This document shows, piece after piece, positions 17,864 to 27,715 of a stretch of DNA of 64,000 nucleotides. The stretch covers positions 20,710 to 84,709 of the forward strand of contig JACRCN010000079.1 of the NCBI GenBank assembly GCA_016219005.1, read 5' to 3'. The notes beneath the pieces were generated by a model. That model was not told where the DNA came from. It made no database searches and was given only the letters and a program-made list of their open reading frames with translations. The translations under genes and the position numbers were made by a program. Source of the stretch: Deltaproteobacteria bacterium (GTDB taxonomy: Bacteria; Desulfobacterota; Desulfobacteria; Desulfobacterales; SpSt-501). The first letter of the stretch is position 1, and each line of letters opens with the position of its first letter.

Positions 17864-19177
17864 ATGGCAAAACACAAGACTCCCATGCTGGACCAGCTTG
17901 AAAGCGGGCCCTGGCCGAGCTTCGTGTCCGACTTGAAGGCGCTGGCTGACGAGCGCACGAAAAACCCCAAGAAACTCGACTTCCAGGTTCCCGTGGACGT
18001 CGTCGACGACCTGCTGGGTCTGCTGGAACTGTCCTTCAAAGACGGCGCGACCCACTGGAAGCATGGCGGCATCGTCGGCGTGTTCGGGTACGGCGGCGGC
18101 GTCATCGGCCGCTACTGCGACCAGCCGGAGATGTTCCCGGGGGTTGCCCACTTCCACACCATGCGCGTCAACCAGCCCGGCGGCAAGTTTTACACCACCG
18201 AGTACCTTCGCAATCTCTGCGACCTGTGGGACCTGCGCGGCAGCGGCATGACCAACATGCACGGCTCCACCGGCGACATCATTTTCCTGGGCACCCGCAC
18301 GGATCAGCTCGAAGAGATCTTTTTCGAGCTCACCCACAAGTTCAATCAGGACCTCGGCGGTTCCGGCTCCAACCTGCGTACGCCCTCGGACTGCATCGGC
18401 GCGGCGCGTTGCGAGTACGCCTGCTACGACACCCAGGACCTGTGCTTCACCATGACCAATGACTACCAGGACGAGCTGCACCGCCCGGCCTTCCCCTACA
18501 AGTTCAAGTTCAAGTTCGACGGCTGCCCGAACTGCTGTGTCGCCTCCATCGCCCGGTCCGACATGTCCTTCATCGGCACCTGGCGCGACGACATCCGCAT
18601 CGACCAGGAAGCCGTTCAGAGCTACATCGGCGGCGAGATCCCGCCCAACGCCGGGGCGCACATGAGCCGCGATTGGGGAAAATTCGACATCCAGAAGGAA
18701 GTCATCGGTCTGTGTCCCACCGAGTGCATGCGGATGGAAGGCAAGAAGCTTAAAATCGACAACAAGGAATGCAACCGCTGCATGCATTGCATCAACGTCA
18801 TGCCCCGCGCCCTGCGGATCGGCAAGGACCGCGGTCTTTCCATCCTGGTCGGCGCCAAGGCCCCGATTCTCGACGGCGCCCAGATGGGCTCGCTGCTCGT
18901 GCCCTTCGTCAAGGCCGAAGCACCCTACGAGGAGATCAAGGAAGTCATCGAGAAGGTCTGGGATTGGTGGATGGAAGAGGGCAAGAACCGCGAGCGGCTC
19001 GGCGAGCTGATCAAGCGCCAGGGCTTCCAGAAACTGCTGGAGGCGACCGGGATTGCGCCCGATGCGCGCCATGTGAAGGAGCCGAGGTCCAACCCCTACA
19101 TCTTCTGGAAGGAAGAAGAGGTCGAGGGCGGCTGGACGCGCGACGTCAACGAATTCCGCAAACATCATCTGAGATAA
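17864..19177 (+). CDS. dsrA: Dissimilatory sulfite reductase alpha subunit
   Basis: TPMLDQLESGPWPSFV, THWKHGG, siroheme-[4Fe-4S] motif CX5C...GCPNCC, RSNPYIFW. Confidence 0.98.
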   Translation: MAKHKTPMLDQLESGPWPSFVSDLKALADERTKNPKKLDFQVPVDVVDDLLGLLELSFKDGATHWKHGGIVGVFGYGGGVIGRYCDQPEMFPGVAHFHTMRVNQPGGKFYTTEYLRNLCDLWDLRGSGMTNMHGSTGDIIFLGTRTDQLEEIFFELTHKFNQDLGGSGSNLRTPSDCIGAARCEYACYDTQDLCFTMTNDYQDELHRPAFPYKFKFKFDGCPNCCVASIARSDMSFIGTWRDDIRIDQEAVQSYIGGEIPPNAGAHMSRDWGKFDIQKEVIGLCPTECMRMEGKKLKIDNKECNRCMHCINVMPRALRIGKDRGLSILVGAKAPILDGAQMGSLLVPFVKAEAPYEEIKEVIEKVWDWWMEEGKNRERLGELIKRQGFQKLLEATGIAPDARHVKEPRSNPYIFWKEEEVEGGWTRDVNEFRKHHLR

Positions 19178-19189
19178 GGGGGGCGAGCT

Positions 19190-20335
19190 ATGGCATTTAT
19201 TTCTTCCGGATACGATCCCAAGGAGCCGATGAAGAACCGCATCACCGACATCGGTCCGCGCAAATACGACGAATTCTACCCGCCCGTCATTGCCAAGAAC
19301 AAGGGCACGTGGCTGTATCATCAATATCTTAAACCGGGCGTCTATTACCATGTGGCCGAGTCCGGCGACAAAGTCTTCACCGTGCGCGTCGGCGGGGCCC
19401 GCCTGATGAGCACGCTGCTCATCCAGGAGATCTGCGAGATCGCCGACAAGCACTGCGGCGGCTATGTCCGCTGGACCACGCGCAACAACATCGAGTTCAT
19501 GGTCGACAGCGAGAAAAAGGTGGAGCCCCTGATCAAGGACCTGGAGAGCCGCAAGTTCAAGGGCGGCAGCTTCAAGTTCCCGGTCGGCGGCACCGGTGCG
19601 GGCATTACCAACATCGTCCACACCCAGGGCTGGGCGCACTGCCACACCCCGGCCACCGACGCCTCCGGCCCGGTCAAGGCCACCATGGACGTGCTGTTCG
19701 AGGACTTCAAGAGCATGCGGCTTCCGGCCCACCTGCGGGTGTCGCTGGCCTGCTGCCTGAACATGTGCGGCGCGGTGCACTGCTCCGATATCGCCATCCT
19801 GGGATACCACCGCAAACCGCCCATGCTCGACCACGAGTACCTGGACAAGATGTGCGAGATCCCGCTCGCCATCGCGGCCTGCCCGACTGCGGCCATCAAG
19901 CCGGCCAAGGTGGAAGTCGGCGGCCAGAAGATCAACAGTGTCGCCGTGAACAACGACCGCTGCATGTTCTGCGGCAATTGCTACACCATGTGCCCGGCCA
20001 TGCCGCTCGCCGACAAGGAAGGCGACGGCATCGTCATCATGGCGGGCGGTAAGGTCTCCAACCGGCGATCGGCACCGAAGTTCTCCAAGGTCGTCGTGGC
20101 CTTCCTCCCCAACGAGGCGCCGCGCTGGCCGCAGACCACCGCCGTGATCAAGAAGATGGTTGATGTCTACGCCAACGACGCCCGCAAGTACGAGCGCCTC
20201 GGCGAGTGGGCGGAGCGGATCGGCTGGGAGCGCTTCTTCGAGAAGTGCGAACTGCCGTTCACCCACCACCTGATCGACGATTTCCGCGATCCGGCCTACT
20301 ACACGTGGCGCCAGACCACTCAGTTCAAGTTCTAA
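19190..20335 (+). CDS. dsrB: Dissimilatory sulfite reductase beta subunit
   Basis: [34 protein letters not shown]-terminal TTQFKF. Confidence 0.98.
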   Translation: MAFISSGYDPKEPMKNRITDIGPRKYDEFYPPVIAKNKGTWLYHQYLKPGVYYHVAESGDKVFTVRVGGARLMSTLLIQEICEIADKHCGGYVRWTTRNNIEFMVDSEKKVEPLIKDLESRKFKGGSFKFPVGGTGAGITNIVHTQGWAHCHTPATDASGPVKATMDVLFEDFKSMRLPAHLRVSLACCLNMCGAVHCSDIAILGYHRKPPMLDHEYLDKMCEIPLAIAACPTAAIKPAKVEVGGQKINSVAVNNDRCMFCGNCYTMCPAMPLADKEGDGIVIMAGGKVSNRRSAPKFSKVVVAFLPNEAPRWPQTTAVIKKMVDVYANDARKYERLGEWAERIGWERFFEKCELPFTHHLIDDFRDPAYYTWRQTTQFKF

Positions 20336-20401
20336 GGCGCCCGGGTTGAAATGGGGGCACCCCTGCGGTGCCCCCTTCACTTTAAGGAAAAGAGGTAAAC
20401 C

Positions 20402-20641
20402 ATGGAGTACGCGGAAGCCAAAGCCAAAGTGATCGAAGAACTTACCAAGAAACTGAAGAGCAAATCCAAGTTTTACTTCAACGACCTGGCCGGTATCCTG
20501 GAGATGAAGCCCCGGGAAGCCAAGAAGCTGATCAACGATATGGTGACCGACGGCACGTTGGAGTACTGGTCCAGCGGCAGCACCTCCATGTACGGCCTGA
20601 AAGGGACCGGAAAACAGCAGGCCGCCGAGCACGAAGAATAA
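20402..20641 (+). CDS. dsrD: DsrD
   Basis: 79 aa; KSKFYFNDL and EYWSSGSTSMYGL, directly after dsrB. Confidence 0.95.
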   Translation: MEYAEAKAKVIEELTKKLKSKSKFYFNDLAGILEMKPREAKKLINDMVTDGTLEYWSSGSTSMYGLKGTGKQQAAEHEE

Positions 20642-20684
20642 TTGCCCTCCGGTCGACGCCGGCTTTACGAACCAACAGGCTTTA

Positions 20685-22112
20685 ATGCAGTCCAGTGAAT
20701 CGAATTTTCCCCGGGTGGTCATCTCCGCCCTCCGGGGCGGTTCGGGCAAGACGATCCTGTCGATCGGTACGGTTGCGGCCCTGCGCGCCCGGGGGAATTC
20801 CGTCGCCGCTTTCAAGAAAGGCCCGGATTACATCGATGCGGGCTGGCTTGCTCTCGCAGCAGGCCGGCCCTGCTACAATCTGGACACATTCCTGCTGAGC
20901 GCCGAGAGCATCCGGCGCTCGTTCTGCTCCCACAGCCTTCGCGTCGATTGCGCCCTGATCGAAGGCAACCGCGGTCTGTACGACGGCATCGACCTCGACG
21001 GCACCACCAGCACCGCCGAACTGGCCAAGCTGCTTGGCGCGCCGGTGGTGATGTGCCTGGACTGTACCAAAACCACACGCACCATGGCGGCGGTGATTTC
21101 CGGCTGCGTCCGCTTCGATCCGGAGGTGGCCATCCGCGGGGTGATTCTCAACCGGGTCGCCGGCGCACGGCATGAATCCATCCTGCGCCGCAGCATCGAG
21201 CATTACAGCGGGGTTCCGGTGATCGGCGCGGTTCCCAAGCTCAACCGGGAGATTTTTCCCGAGCGCCACATGGGGCTCGTGCCCACCCCCGAACACGGCT
21301 GGGCGGCGGACTCGATCCGGTCCATCGCACGCATCGCAGCCCAGCACATCGATCTGGAAGCATTCGTTCGCATCGCCCGCGAAGCCCCGCCCATCCGCGG
21401 GGTGTGCCCGGCCCCGGACCTGGAGAGGCCACCGGGTCAACGGGCAACGGGCCAACCCGCTTTGGCCCGCGTCGGCATCCTGCGGGACGCGGCGTTCCAG
21501 TTTTACTATCCCGAAAACATCGAGGCCTTGGCGACGGCCGGGGCGCAGATTGTTTCCGTGAGCCCGCTCCGGGACGAGAGCCTGCCCGAGCTCGACGCGA
21601 TTTACATCGGCGGAGGGTTTCCCGAGACGCACGCCCCGGAACTTGCAGCCAACACGCTGTTCAGCCGCCGGCTGCGGGAGATGGTCGATGACGGGCTGCC
21701 GGTCTATGCCGAGTGTGGCGGCCTCATGTACCTGGGCGAAGAACTGGTCCTGGAGGGCCAGAGCTACCCGATGGCGGGCATCCTCCCGGTGTCCTTCGGG
21801 CTGTTCAAGCGCCCCCAGGGACACGGCTACACCGTCGTCAGCGTGGAGGGTGAAAATCCGTACTACCCGCGCGGCACCGAAATCCGCGGCCACGAGTTCC
21901 ACTACTCCCGGGTGCTGCGGTGGTCCGGCCGGGAGCGCGACCTGGTGTTCCGCATGCTGCGCGGGGCCGGGATCCACGGCGACCGGGACGGGATCGTTCA
22001 CAAAAACGTTCTCGCCACCTACACCCACATTCACGCCTTGGGCACACCCGACTGGGCGAACGCGCTGATCCGCAATGCCGTCGCATACAAAGCCAAGCGC
22101 ACCGGAAGCTGA
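20685..22112 (+). CDS. dsrN: DsrN, cobyrinate a,c-diamide synthase-like siroheme amidase
   Basis: GGSGKT, FKKGPDYID, EGNRGLYDG, YAECGGLMY, GHEFHYS, YTHIH; position after dsrD. Confidence 0.9.
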   Translation: MQSSESNFPRVVISALRGGSGKTILSIGTVAALRARGNSVAAFKKGPDYIDAGWLALAAGRPCYNLDTFLLSAESIRRSFCSHSLRVDCALIEGNRGLYDGIDLDGTTSTAELAKLLGAPVVMCLDCTKTTRTMAAVISGCVRFDPEVAIRGVILNRVAGARHESILRRSIEHYSGVPVIGAVPKLNREIFPERHMGLVPTPEHGWAADSIRSIARIAAQHIDLEAFVRIAREAPPIRGVCPAPDLERPPGQRATGQPALARVGILRDAAFQFYYPENIEALATAGAQIVSVSPLRDESLPELDAIYIGGGFPETHAPELAANTLFSRRLREMVDDGLPVYAECGGLMYLGEELVLEGQSYPMAGILPVSFGLFKRPQGHGYTVVSVEGENPYYPRGTEIRGHEFHYSRVLRWSGRERDLVFRMLRGAGIHGDRDGIVHKNVLATYTHIHALGTPDWANALIRNAVAYKAKRTGS

Positions 22113-22926
22113 CGGTGTTCCCGCCGGAGACCTCCGGGAGCGCGTGCTGAAATTCATTGCGGACCGGCGCCAGACGCCGGCCGACATTCTCAAGGCCCTG
22201 TCGCATCCGCCGGTTTTCCCCAAAACCTCCGTGCAGGATGCCATCCGCGAGCTGGTGGCGGCGGGCGCGCTTACTTACACCACCGAGTACGGCCGCAGCT
22301 TTCTCGAGCCCTCCTTCGACCGCCCCGTGCGGGTTTCCGAGCGCATCGTGCTGGCCCCGCCCGACCGTGACGTGCCGCCGGGGCTGGGGGACATCGTCGT
22401 GCGCCTCCGGTCGGGGGCGGCCTTCGGCGTCGGCAGGCACCCCACGACCCGCCTGGCCTTGCGAGGGATCGAGTTCGCGTTGAGCCGGAGCGGCGCGGCC
22501 CGCACGCGAGCCGGCAGCAGCGTTCTGGACATCGGCACCGGCAGCGGAGTGCTGGCGATCGCGGCGGTCAAACTCGGGATCGAAAACGGGGTCGGCCTCG
22601 ACATCGACCCCTGCGCCGTTACCGAAGCCGCGCAAAACGTGAGTCTGAACGGCCTGGCCGGCCGCATCGAGATATCCGACCGCGGCCTCGATCGCATCGA
22701 GGGTGTCTTCAGCCTGGTGGTTGCGAACCTGCGGCTGCCGACACTCGAGCGCCTGGCAAGAGCGATCGCTGCCCTGACAATGCCCGGCGGTGCCCTGGTG
22801 GTGTCCGGGGTTCAGTACGCGGAGCAAGCGGCGGTTGTGGCCATCTACGGCCGGCAGCGGTTCGAATGCGCGTGGTCGGTTGCGGAGGACCGGTGGATGG
22901 GGCTGGTGTTGAACAAGACCGGATGA
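22075..22926 (+). CDS. PrmA-like SAM-dependent methyltransferase with atypical N-terminus
   Basis: AFGVGRHPTT, VLDIGTGSGVLAI, VVANL. Start position uncertain (overlaps dsrN). Confidence 0.75.
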   Translation: MPSHTKPSAPEADGVPAGDLRERVLKFIADRRQTPADILKALSHPPVFPKTSVQDAIRELVAAGALTYTTEYGRSFLEPSFDRPVRVSERIVLAPPDRDVPPGLGDIVVRLRSGAAFGVGRHPTTRLALRGIEFALSRSGAARTRAGSSVLDIGTGSGVLAIAAVKLGIENGVGLDIDPCAVTEAAQNVSLNGLAGRIEISDRGLDRIEGVFSLVVANLRLPTLERLARAIAALTMPGGALVVSGVQYAEQAAVVAIYGRQRFECAWSVAEDRWMGLVLNKTG

Positions 22927-22934
22927 CTTCGTAG

Positions 22935-22968
22935 ATAAAGGCGGGCATCATCCGATGCCCGCCTTTAT
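22935..22968. terminator. Probable bidirectional terminator
   Basis: Perfect 15-bp stem ATAAAGGCGGGCATC-ATCC-GATGCCCGCCTTTAT between convergent genes. Confidence 0.75.
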
Positions 22969-22996
22969 GATTGAAATCTTCAGAAGCGGCTTCGCC

Positions 22997-23467
22997 TCAG
23001 CTCTTTTTCGGGTGGCAGTCGTTGCAGGTGACCGGGGCCTTCTTGGGCTTGAATTCCTTGTTGAACTCCTTGTGGCAGCCGATGCAGTTGTCGTGGAAGG
23101 CCTCGCTGTGGTACTCGAGCTTCTGCTTCTTGTCGAGCTTGGGCGCATCCTTGCCCTTGGGGGCCTCGCCGCATTTCTTGTGGCATTCGAGGCAGGCCTG
23201 GACCTTGCTGTCGGCCTTCAGACCGGCGATGGGTTTACCCTTGTCGTCATGATGGCAGTCGCCGCAGCCGTTCGGGTAGATCTTGGCATACGCCTTGGCA
23301 TACTCCTCGGAGTGTTTCTTGTGGCTGAACGGGACATCGCCTTTGGTCACCGGGCAGTCCTTCATGTTGATCTTGACCACATCCTTTACCGCCGCGTAAA
23401 GGCCCGCCGCGAAGAACAGGCAGGCTACGGCCACCAGCACCGAAAACACCACACTTTTTCTCCTCAT
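22997..23467 (-). CDS. Tetraheme cytochrome c3
   Basis: Signal peptide, FSHKKH, four CxxCH motifs (CGDCHH, CLECH, CIGCH, CNDCH), Lys-rich. Confidence 0.92.
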   Translation of the reverse strand: MRRKSVVFSVLVAVACLFFAAGLYAAVKDVVKINMKDCPVTKGDVPFSHKKHSEEYAKAYAKIYPNGCGDCHHDDKGKPIAGLKADSKVQACLECHKKCGEAPKGKDAPKLDKKQKLEYHSEAFHDNCIGCHKEFNKEFKPKKAPVTCNDCHPKKS

Positions 23468-23608
23468 AGCCGCTCCCTTTCCCCCCCATTTGAGTTAATG
23501 GTTCCTACCCAATTACTACACAATCACCCCATTCAGGAATAAATAATTTTTACCAACTAACGCCATGCTTGTCAATGGCGTTCAGCGGCCCGCAGCGCCC
23601 ATCCGCGC

Positions 23609-24364
23609 TCAGGCCGGCTTGTCCTCGGCGCCGGGTGCCGCGGCCTTTTTCCGGGTCAGCCAGGTGGCGCCGAAGATGCCGATTTCGTAAAGGATGATCA
23701 GCGGGATGGCCATCAGGATCGTGGAGACCACGTCGGGCGTCAGGAACGCACCGACCACGAAGGCCCCAATGACGGCGTACTTGCGGTTGCGCCTGAGCAA
23801 ATCGACGGAGACGATGCCCAGCCGGGCCAGCAGAGCCAGCAGCACGGGCAGCTCGAACAACAGCCCGAAGATGAACAGGAGCTTGACGGAGAAGTTCAGG
23901 TATTCGTGCATGGAGGGAAGGGTGCGGATGAAATCCGAGCCGAAGCTGAGCAGGAATCTGAACCCGAAGGGAAACACCACGAAATAACCGAACAGAGCCC
24001 CTCCCATGAAGAAAAACGAAGTGATCGCAATGACCGGGCCCAGTACGCGCCGCTCCTTGCCGTAAAGTCCCGGCGCCACGAACATCCAGAACTGATAGAG
24101 CAGCACCGGGCTGGCCAGAAGGATGCCGGCAAAAAACGAGACCTTCAGGTAGGTGAAAAACGCTTCCGGCAGACCCGTGAATATCAGTTTGCCGCCCTCG
24201 GGCATGACGCGAATGAGCGGAAAGACCAACACCTCGAAAAGCTGTTCCTTGAACCCGTAGCACAGAAGGAAACCGGCCGCCACGGCGATGGCGCTCTTGA
24301 TCAGCCGGGAGCGCAGTTCCTCCAGGTGGTCGGTGAAGGGCAGTCGTTCATCCTCGCGCAGCAT
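23609..24364 (-). CDS. tatC: Twin-arginine translocase TatC
   Basis: HLEELRSRL, YQFWMFVAPGLY, FELP, LTPD, LYEI. Confidence 0.95.
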   Translation of the reverse strand: MLREDERLPFTDHLEELRSRLIKSAIAVAAGFLLCYGFKEQLFEVLVFPLIRVMPEGGKLIFTGLPEAFFTYLKVSFFAGILLASPVLLYQFWMFVAPGLYGKERRVLGPVIAITSFFFMGGALFGYFVVFPFGFRFLLSFGSDFIRTLPSMHEYLNFSVKLLFIFGLLFELPVLLALLARLGIVSVDLLRRNRKYAVIGAFVVGAFLTPDVVSTILMAIPLIILYEIGIFGATWLTRKKAAAPGAEDKPA

Positions 24365-24376
24365 CGTGAAGCGTGC

Positions 24377-24844
24377 TCAGACCGATTTGGGTTTGTCGGG
24401 CGGAATGGCTGGCTCGGCCGCTTGCGGGGGAGTGGCGGCAGGGGCTTCCGAGTGGGATGGCGCCTGCCCGGCGTTCCAGGTGTCAAAGGCTTTCTTCAGC
24501 TCATCTAGTTTTTCTGCGGCCTTAGGCTCTGAAGCGGCCTCGGCCGGTGCGATCACCGGAGCCGCGGCCGCAGCGGTCGCATCAGAAACGGCGGGTGTCT
24601 CCGCGCCGCCGGCCTCGGTCTGGATGGTCTTGTTCACGTCCGACTGGAATTCGGTGAACGTCTTTTTGACCTCGGAAAACTCGCCGTCGACCTGCAGCGT
24701 CTCCTTGAGTTCGCTGGTGGCCTTCTTGAATTCGCGCACGGCGCGGCCCATGGATTTCGCCAGGTCGGGTAATTTTTTCGGGCCCAGAACGATCAGCGCC
24801 ACCACGGCGATGAGGATCAGTTCAGGCATGCCGATTCCAAACAT
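24377..24844 (-). CDS. tatB: Twin-arginine translocase TatB/TatA-family subunit
   Basis: MFGIGMPELILIAVVALIVLGPKKLP, upstream of tatC. Confidence 0.88.
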   Translation of the reverse strand: MFGIGMPELILIAVVALIVLGPKKLPDLAKSMGRAVREFKKATSELKETLQVDGEFSEVKKTFTEFQSDVNKTIQTEAGGAETPAVSDATAAAAAPVIAPAEAASEPKAAEKLDELKKAFDTWNAGQAPSHSEAPAATPPQAAEPAIPPDKPKSV

Positions 24845-24963
24845 AGGCGGCTCCTCGGAAAAAAGTGACGCCGCTCACGCCCGCGGAAAAATCCCGGTAA
24901 GACGGGCCGGCGCGGCGCATGCGGGCGGGGATGTGACATTTCTACTGGTTTGGGGGTGGCCTG

Positions 24964-26238
24964 TCAAGGCGCACCCGCTTCCGGTTTGAGCACGAGGAAA
25001 TAGAGCTTGCCCGGGTGCTTGAGATGCCCCGCGGCTAACTCCGCGTAGGGGCCCTCGCCCCAGAAGATGTCGGCCCGGCCCGGCCCGACGATGGCGCCGC
25101 CCGTGTCCTGGTTCAGCATGAACCGGCGGCAATCCACCCAGGACTGGACCTTGCCGGAAGCCTCGCCGAGCGGCTTCTTCGTCTCGATGAAGGTCAGCGC
25201 CGCGGGCGGGAAAATTTTCCGGTCGAGGGCGAGCGACCGGCCCGGCGTCAGCCTGACGTTCAGCGCGCCCAAGGCTTCCCCCGGAGCGATCTTGAAGAAG
25301 ATGTAGCTGGGGTTGTGGTTGAGCACGCGCTGGACCTCGAAGGGGTTTTCGCGCAGATAGGCCCGGATGCGTTGCATGGACATTTCCTCACGCGAGACTT
25401 TGCCCTCGTCGATCAGCAACTGCCCGATGCTGCGGTAAGGCCGGCCGTTGCCGCCGTCGTAGTGGGCGTTGATCGTCTGGCCGTCGTCGAACGCGATCTT
25501 GCCCGAGCCCTGGATGTGCAGGAAGAAGAGGTCGACCGGGTCGTTGACCCAGGCGACCGGCTGAATTTTTCCGTACAGGACGCCGTCCTCCTCGATCTCG
25601 CGGCGCTCGTAGTAAGGCACCAGCGCCCGGTCGGCCAGCCGGCCCGTGATCTTCTCGCCCTTGAACTTTTCAGAGAAGGCCCCCAGATCGACGGTGATAA
25701 GATCCTCCGGCCGGGGGTAGACCGGGTAAGCGTACTCAGGCTTGCGGGACCGGCTGCCTCGGAGGAGGGGTTCATAGTAGCCGGTGAAGAGCACCTCGTC
25801 CTGGGCGTTGCGGCCCGGGGATTGGTAGACCAGATAGTTGTCGCGGATGAATTCCTGCAGGCTGCGGGCGGTCGGGCGGCTTTGGATGAAGCCCTGGAAG
25901 CGCTGCAAGGATTTCAGAACGTGCACGGCGCTGATGCGGTCGCGGCCGAACTCGTATTCGCGCTGCGGTGGCATCGCCTGCAGATAGGTGATGCTCTGGG
26001 CGATGGCGCGCCCAAGGTTGTCGAAGTCCAGGTCGTCGGCGAAGCTCGGGTAGCTGGACGGCGAAAGTTTTTTAAGCGAAACGACTTCCGGCGCCGGGGG
26101 GGCGGGTTTGGGCGTCGTCTCGCAGCCGGCCAGGGCGAAAATCAAGATAAGGCCGAGCATCGACAGCCGGTTGCGGAAAAAGCCCTGGCGGCTCCGATGG
26201 TGAAACTTCAACGGACATTGAAATCGTTCGCAGGTCAT
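24964..26238 (-). CDS. mltA: Membrane-bound lytic murein transglycosylase A
   Basis: Lipobox LAGC, FTGYYEP, FLHIQGSG, NPSYIFF, QDTGGAI.G..RADIFWG. True start may be downstream (26160). Confidence 0.9.
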   Translation of the reverse strand: MTCERFQCPLKFHHRSRQGFFRNRLSMLGLILIFALAGCETTPKPAPPAPEVVSLKKLSPSSYPSFADDLDFDNLGRAIAQSITYLQAMPPQREYEFGRDRISAVHVLKSLQRFQGFIQSRPTARSLQEFIRDNYLVYQSPGRNAQDEVLFTGYYEPLLRGSRSRKPEYAYPVYPRPEDLITVDLGAFSEKFKGEKITGRLADRALVPYYERREIEEDGVLYGKIQPVAWVNDPVDLFFLHIQGSGKIAFDDGQTINAHYDGGNGRPYRSIGQLLIDEGKVSREEMSMQRIRAYLRENPFEVQRVLNHNPSYIFFKIAPGEALGALNVRLTPGRSLALDRKIFPPAALTFIETKKPLGEASGKVQSWVDCRRFMLNQDTGGAIVGPGRADIFWGEGPYAELAAGHLKHPGKLYFLVLKPEAGAP

Positions 26239-26720
26239 GGTTGGGATCCCCGTCTGTAAGTGCCGCTCTTGCCGCCGGATTTCTCAAGCAGCTGAATGCC
26301 GGAGATGGTCATCTCGCGGTCATGGGACTTGCACATGTCGTAAACGGTCAGTGCCGCCACCGCCGCCGCGGTGAGCGCCTCCATCTCCACCCCGGTCTGG
26401 TCCAGGGCCCGCACGCGTGCCCGGATGCCGATGGCATGCGCCGTCTCGTCGGGGACGAAGTCGACCTGGACGTGGGTGATATTGAGCGGGTGGCACATGG
26501 GGATGAGGTCCGAGGTCCGCTTGGCGGCCATGATGCCGGCAATCCGTGCGGTTTCGAGCACGTTGCCCTTTTTCACTTTCCCGTCGCGGATTAGTTCGAA
26601 GGTCTCGGCCCGCATGCGGACCTCGCCTCCGGCCAGCGCCGTGCGCACGCTTGCCGCCTTTGCGGTCACATCCACCATGCGGACGCGGCCCTCTTCGTCG
26701 AGATGCGTGAAATCAGCCAT
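26235..26720 (-). CDS. moaC: Cyclic pyranopterin monophosphate synthase
   Basis: RMVDV, LIPMCHP, TGVEMEAL, YDMCKS, KSGGKSG. Confidence 0.96.
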   Translation of the reverse strand: MADFTHLDEEGRVRMVDVTAKAASVRTALAGGEVRMRAETFELIRDGKVKKGNVLETARIAGIMAAKRTSDLIPMCHPLNITHVQVDFVPDETAHAIGIRARVRALDQTGVEMEALTAAAVAALTVYDMCKSHDREMTISGIQLLEKSGGKSGTYRRGSQP

Positions 26721-26847
26721 TAGTGGGTCACCTCTGCATGTTTATCTCTTGGGTTCGGGGACCGACAAAAGTCAGACGCATGACAGACCTCCGTTAGCAG
26801 ACGCCTTTGGGACGGGAAGCGGCTCCCAGAGAAAAATCAACTTCGTC

Positions 26848-27492
26848 TCACAATGGAGGCGATGTCCATGCGGCCTCCATTGGATTGCCGGCGCTCAGCA
26901 TTTGCTCGGCCTGCGCCAGGTCCTGAGGGGTGTTGACATTGAAAAACGAGACCAGACCGGGGTCTTTCTCGCGCAGCCGGTCCTCCGGTATCGTCTTGAT
27001 GCGACAGTTTTTCAGTGCCTGCTGGATCTTCAACTTGTTCGCCTGCAGGTGGTCTTCCGCGGGCTTCAGGCAGCGCCGGGAGTAGGCTGCGCAGAGCGGT
27101 TCGTAGCCTGCCGATGTGCGTGGGAGCACGAGGTCCGCCCCGGGCTCGATCTCACTCAGGACCGTTTCGACTATTTCCTTTTTCAGAAACGGGGTGTCGC
27201 AGGCGGAGAAGAACGCGAATGGGTGGCTGGCGTAAAAAAGCCCTGCATGGATGCCGGTGAGCGAGCTGCGTACGGGAAAGACGTCCGTGACAATCAATGC
27301 ATCCCATTCCAGAAAATCCCGCGGGCGATTGGTGACCAGGATGATCTCGTTGAACAGCTCCGAAAACAGGTCAAACAGGTGGTCCAGGATCCGCACCCCG
27401 CCCACCTTGAGAAACGCCTTGTTTTCACCGCCGTAACGGGTGCTCAGTCCGCCCGCCAGAATCACCCCTGAACACGGTTGCTTCATACCCAT
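26848..27492 (-). CDS. mobA: Molybdenum cofactor guanylyltransferase
   Basis: VILAGGLSTRYG..KA, ACDTPF, EPLCAAY, FFNVNTPQDL. Confidence 0.9.
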   Translation of the reverse strand: MGMKQPCSGVILAGGLSTRYGGENKAFLKVGGVRILDHLFDLFSELFNEIILVTNRPRDFLEWDALIVTDVFPVRSSLTGIHAGLFYASHPFAFFSACDTPFLKKEIVETVLSEIEPGADLVLPRTSAGYEPLCAAYSRRCLKPAEDHLQANKLKIQQALKNCRIKTIPEDRLREKDPGLVSFFNVNTPQDLAQAEQMLSAGNPMEAAWTSPPL

Positions 27493-27715
27493 ATTCCTGT
27501 TTCGTTACGGTGAGCATAGGAGAATTGCCCGATGAAATCAAGCGATTAACGGCAATGTGAGTGGTAATTCGCCGCCGCGATCATCGTGGCCGCAGGCCTC
27601 CTCCATGGTTATGGGGCGAACGCGACCGCGGGCGAGCGCAAAAAACCGGTTGATCTCGAGCCTAAGGGTGAAGTAGACAGAATGAATATCCGGCCTCGAT
27701 CAAGGAAGGGAATCC

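Noticed and set aside
17771-20815. 1014-aa minus-strand ORF
   Set aside because: Antisense shadow of dsrABD caused by high-GC codon bias; no recognisable motifs.
26721-26847. Possible Moco riboswitch before moaC
   Set aside because: No recognisable consensus or stem architecture.
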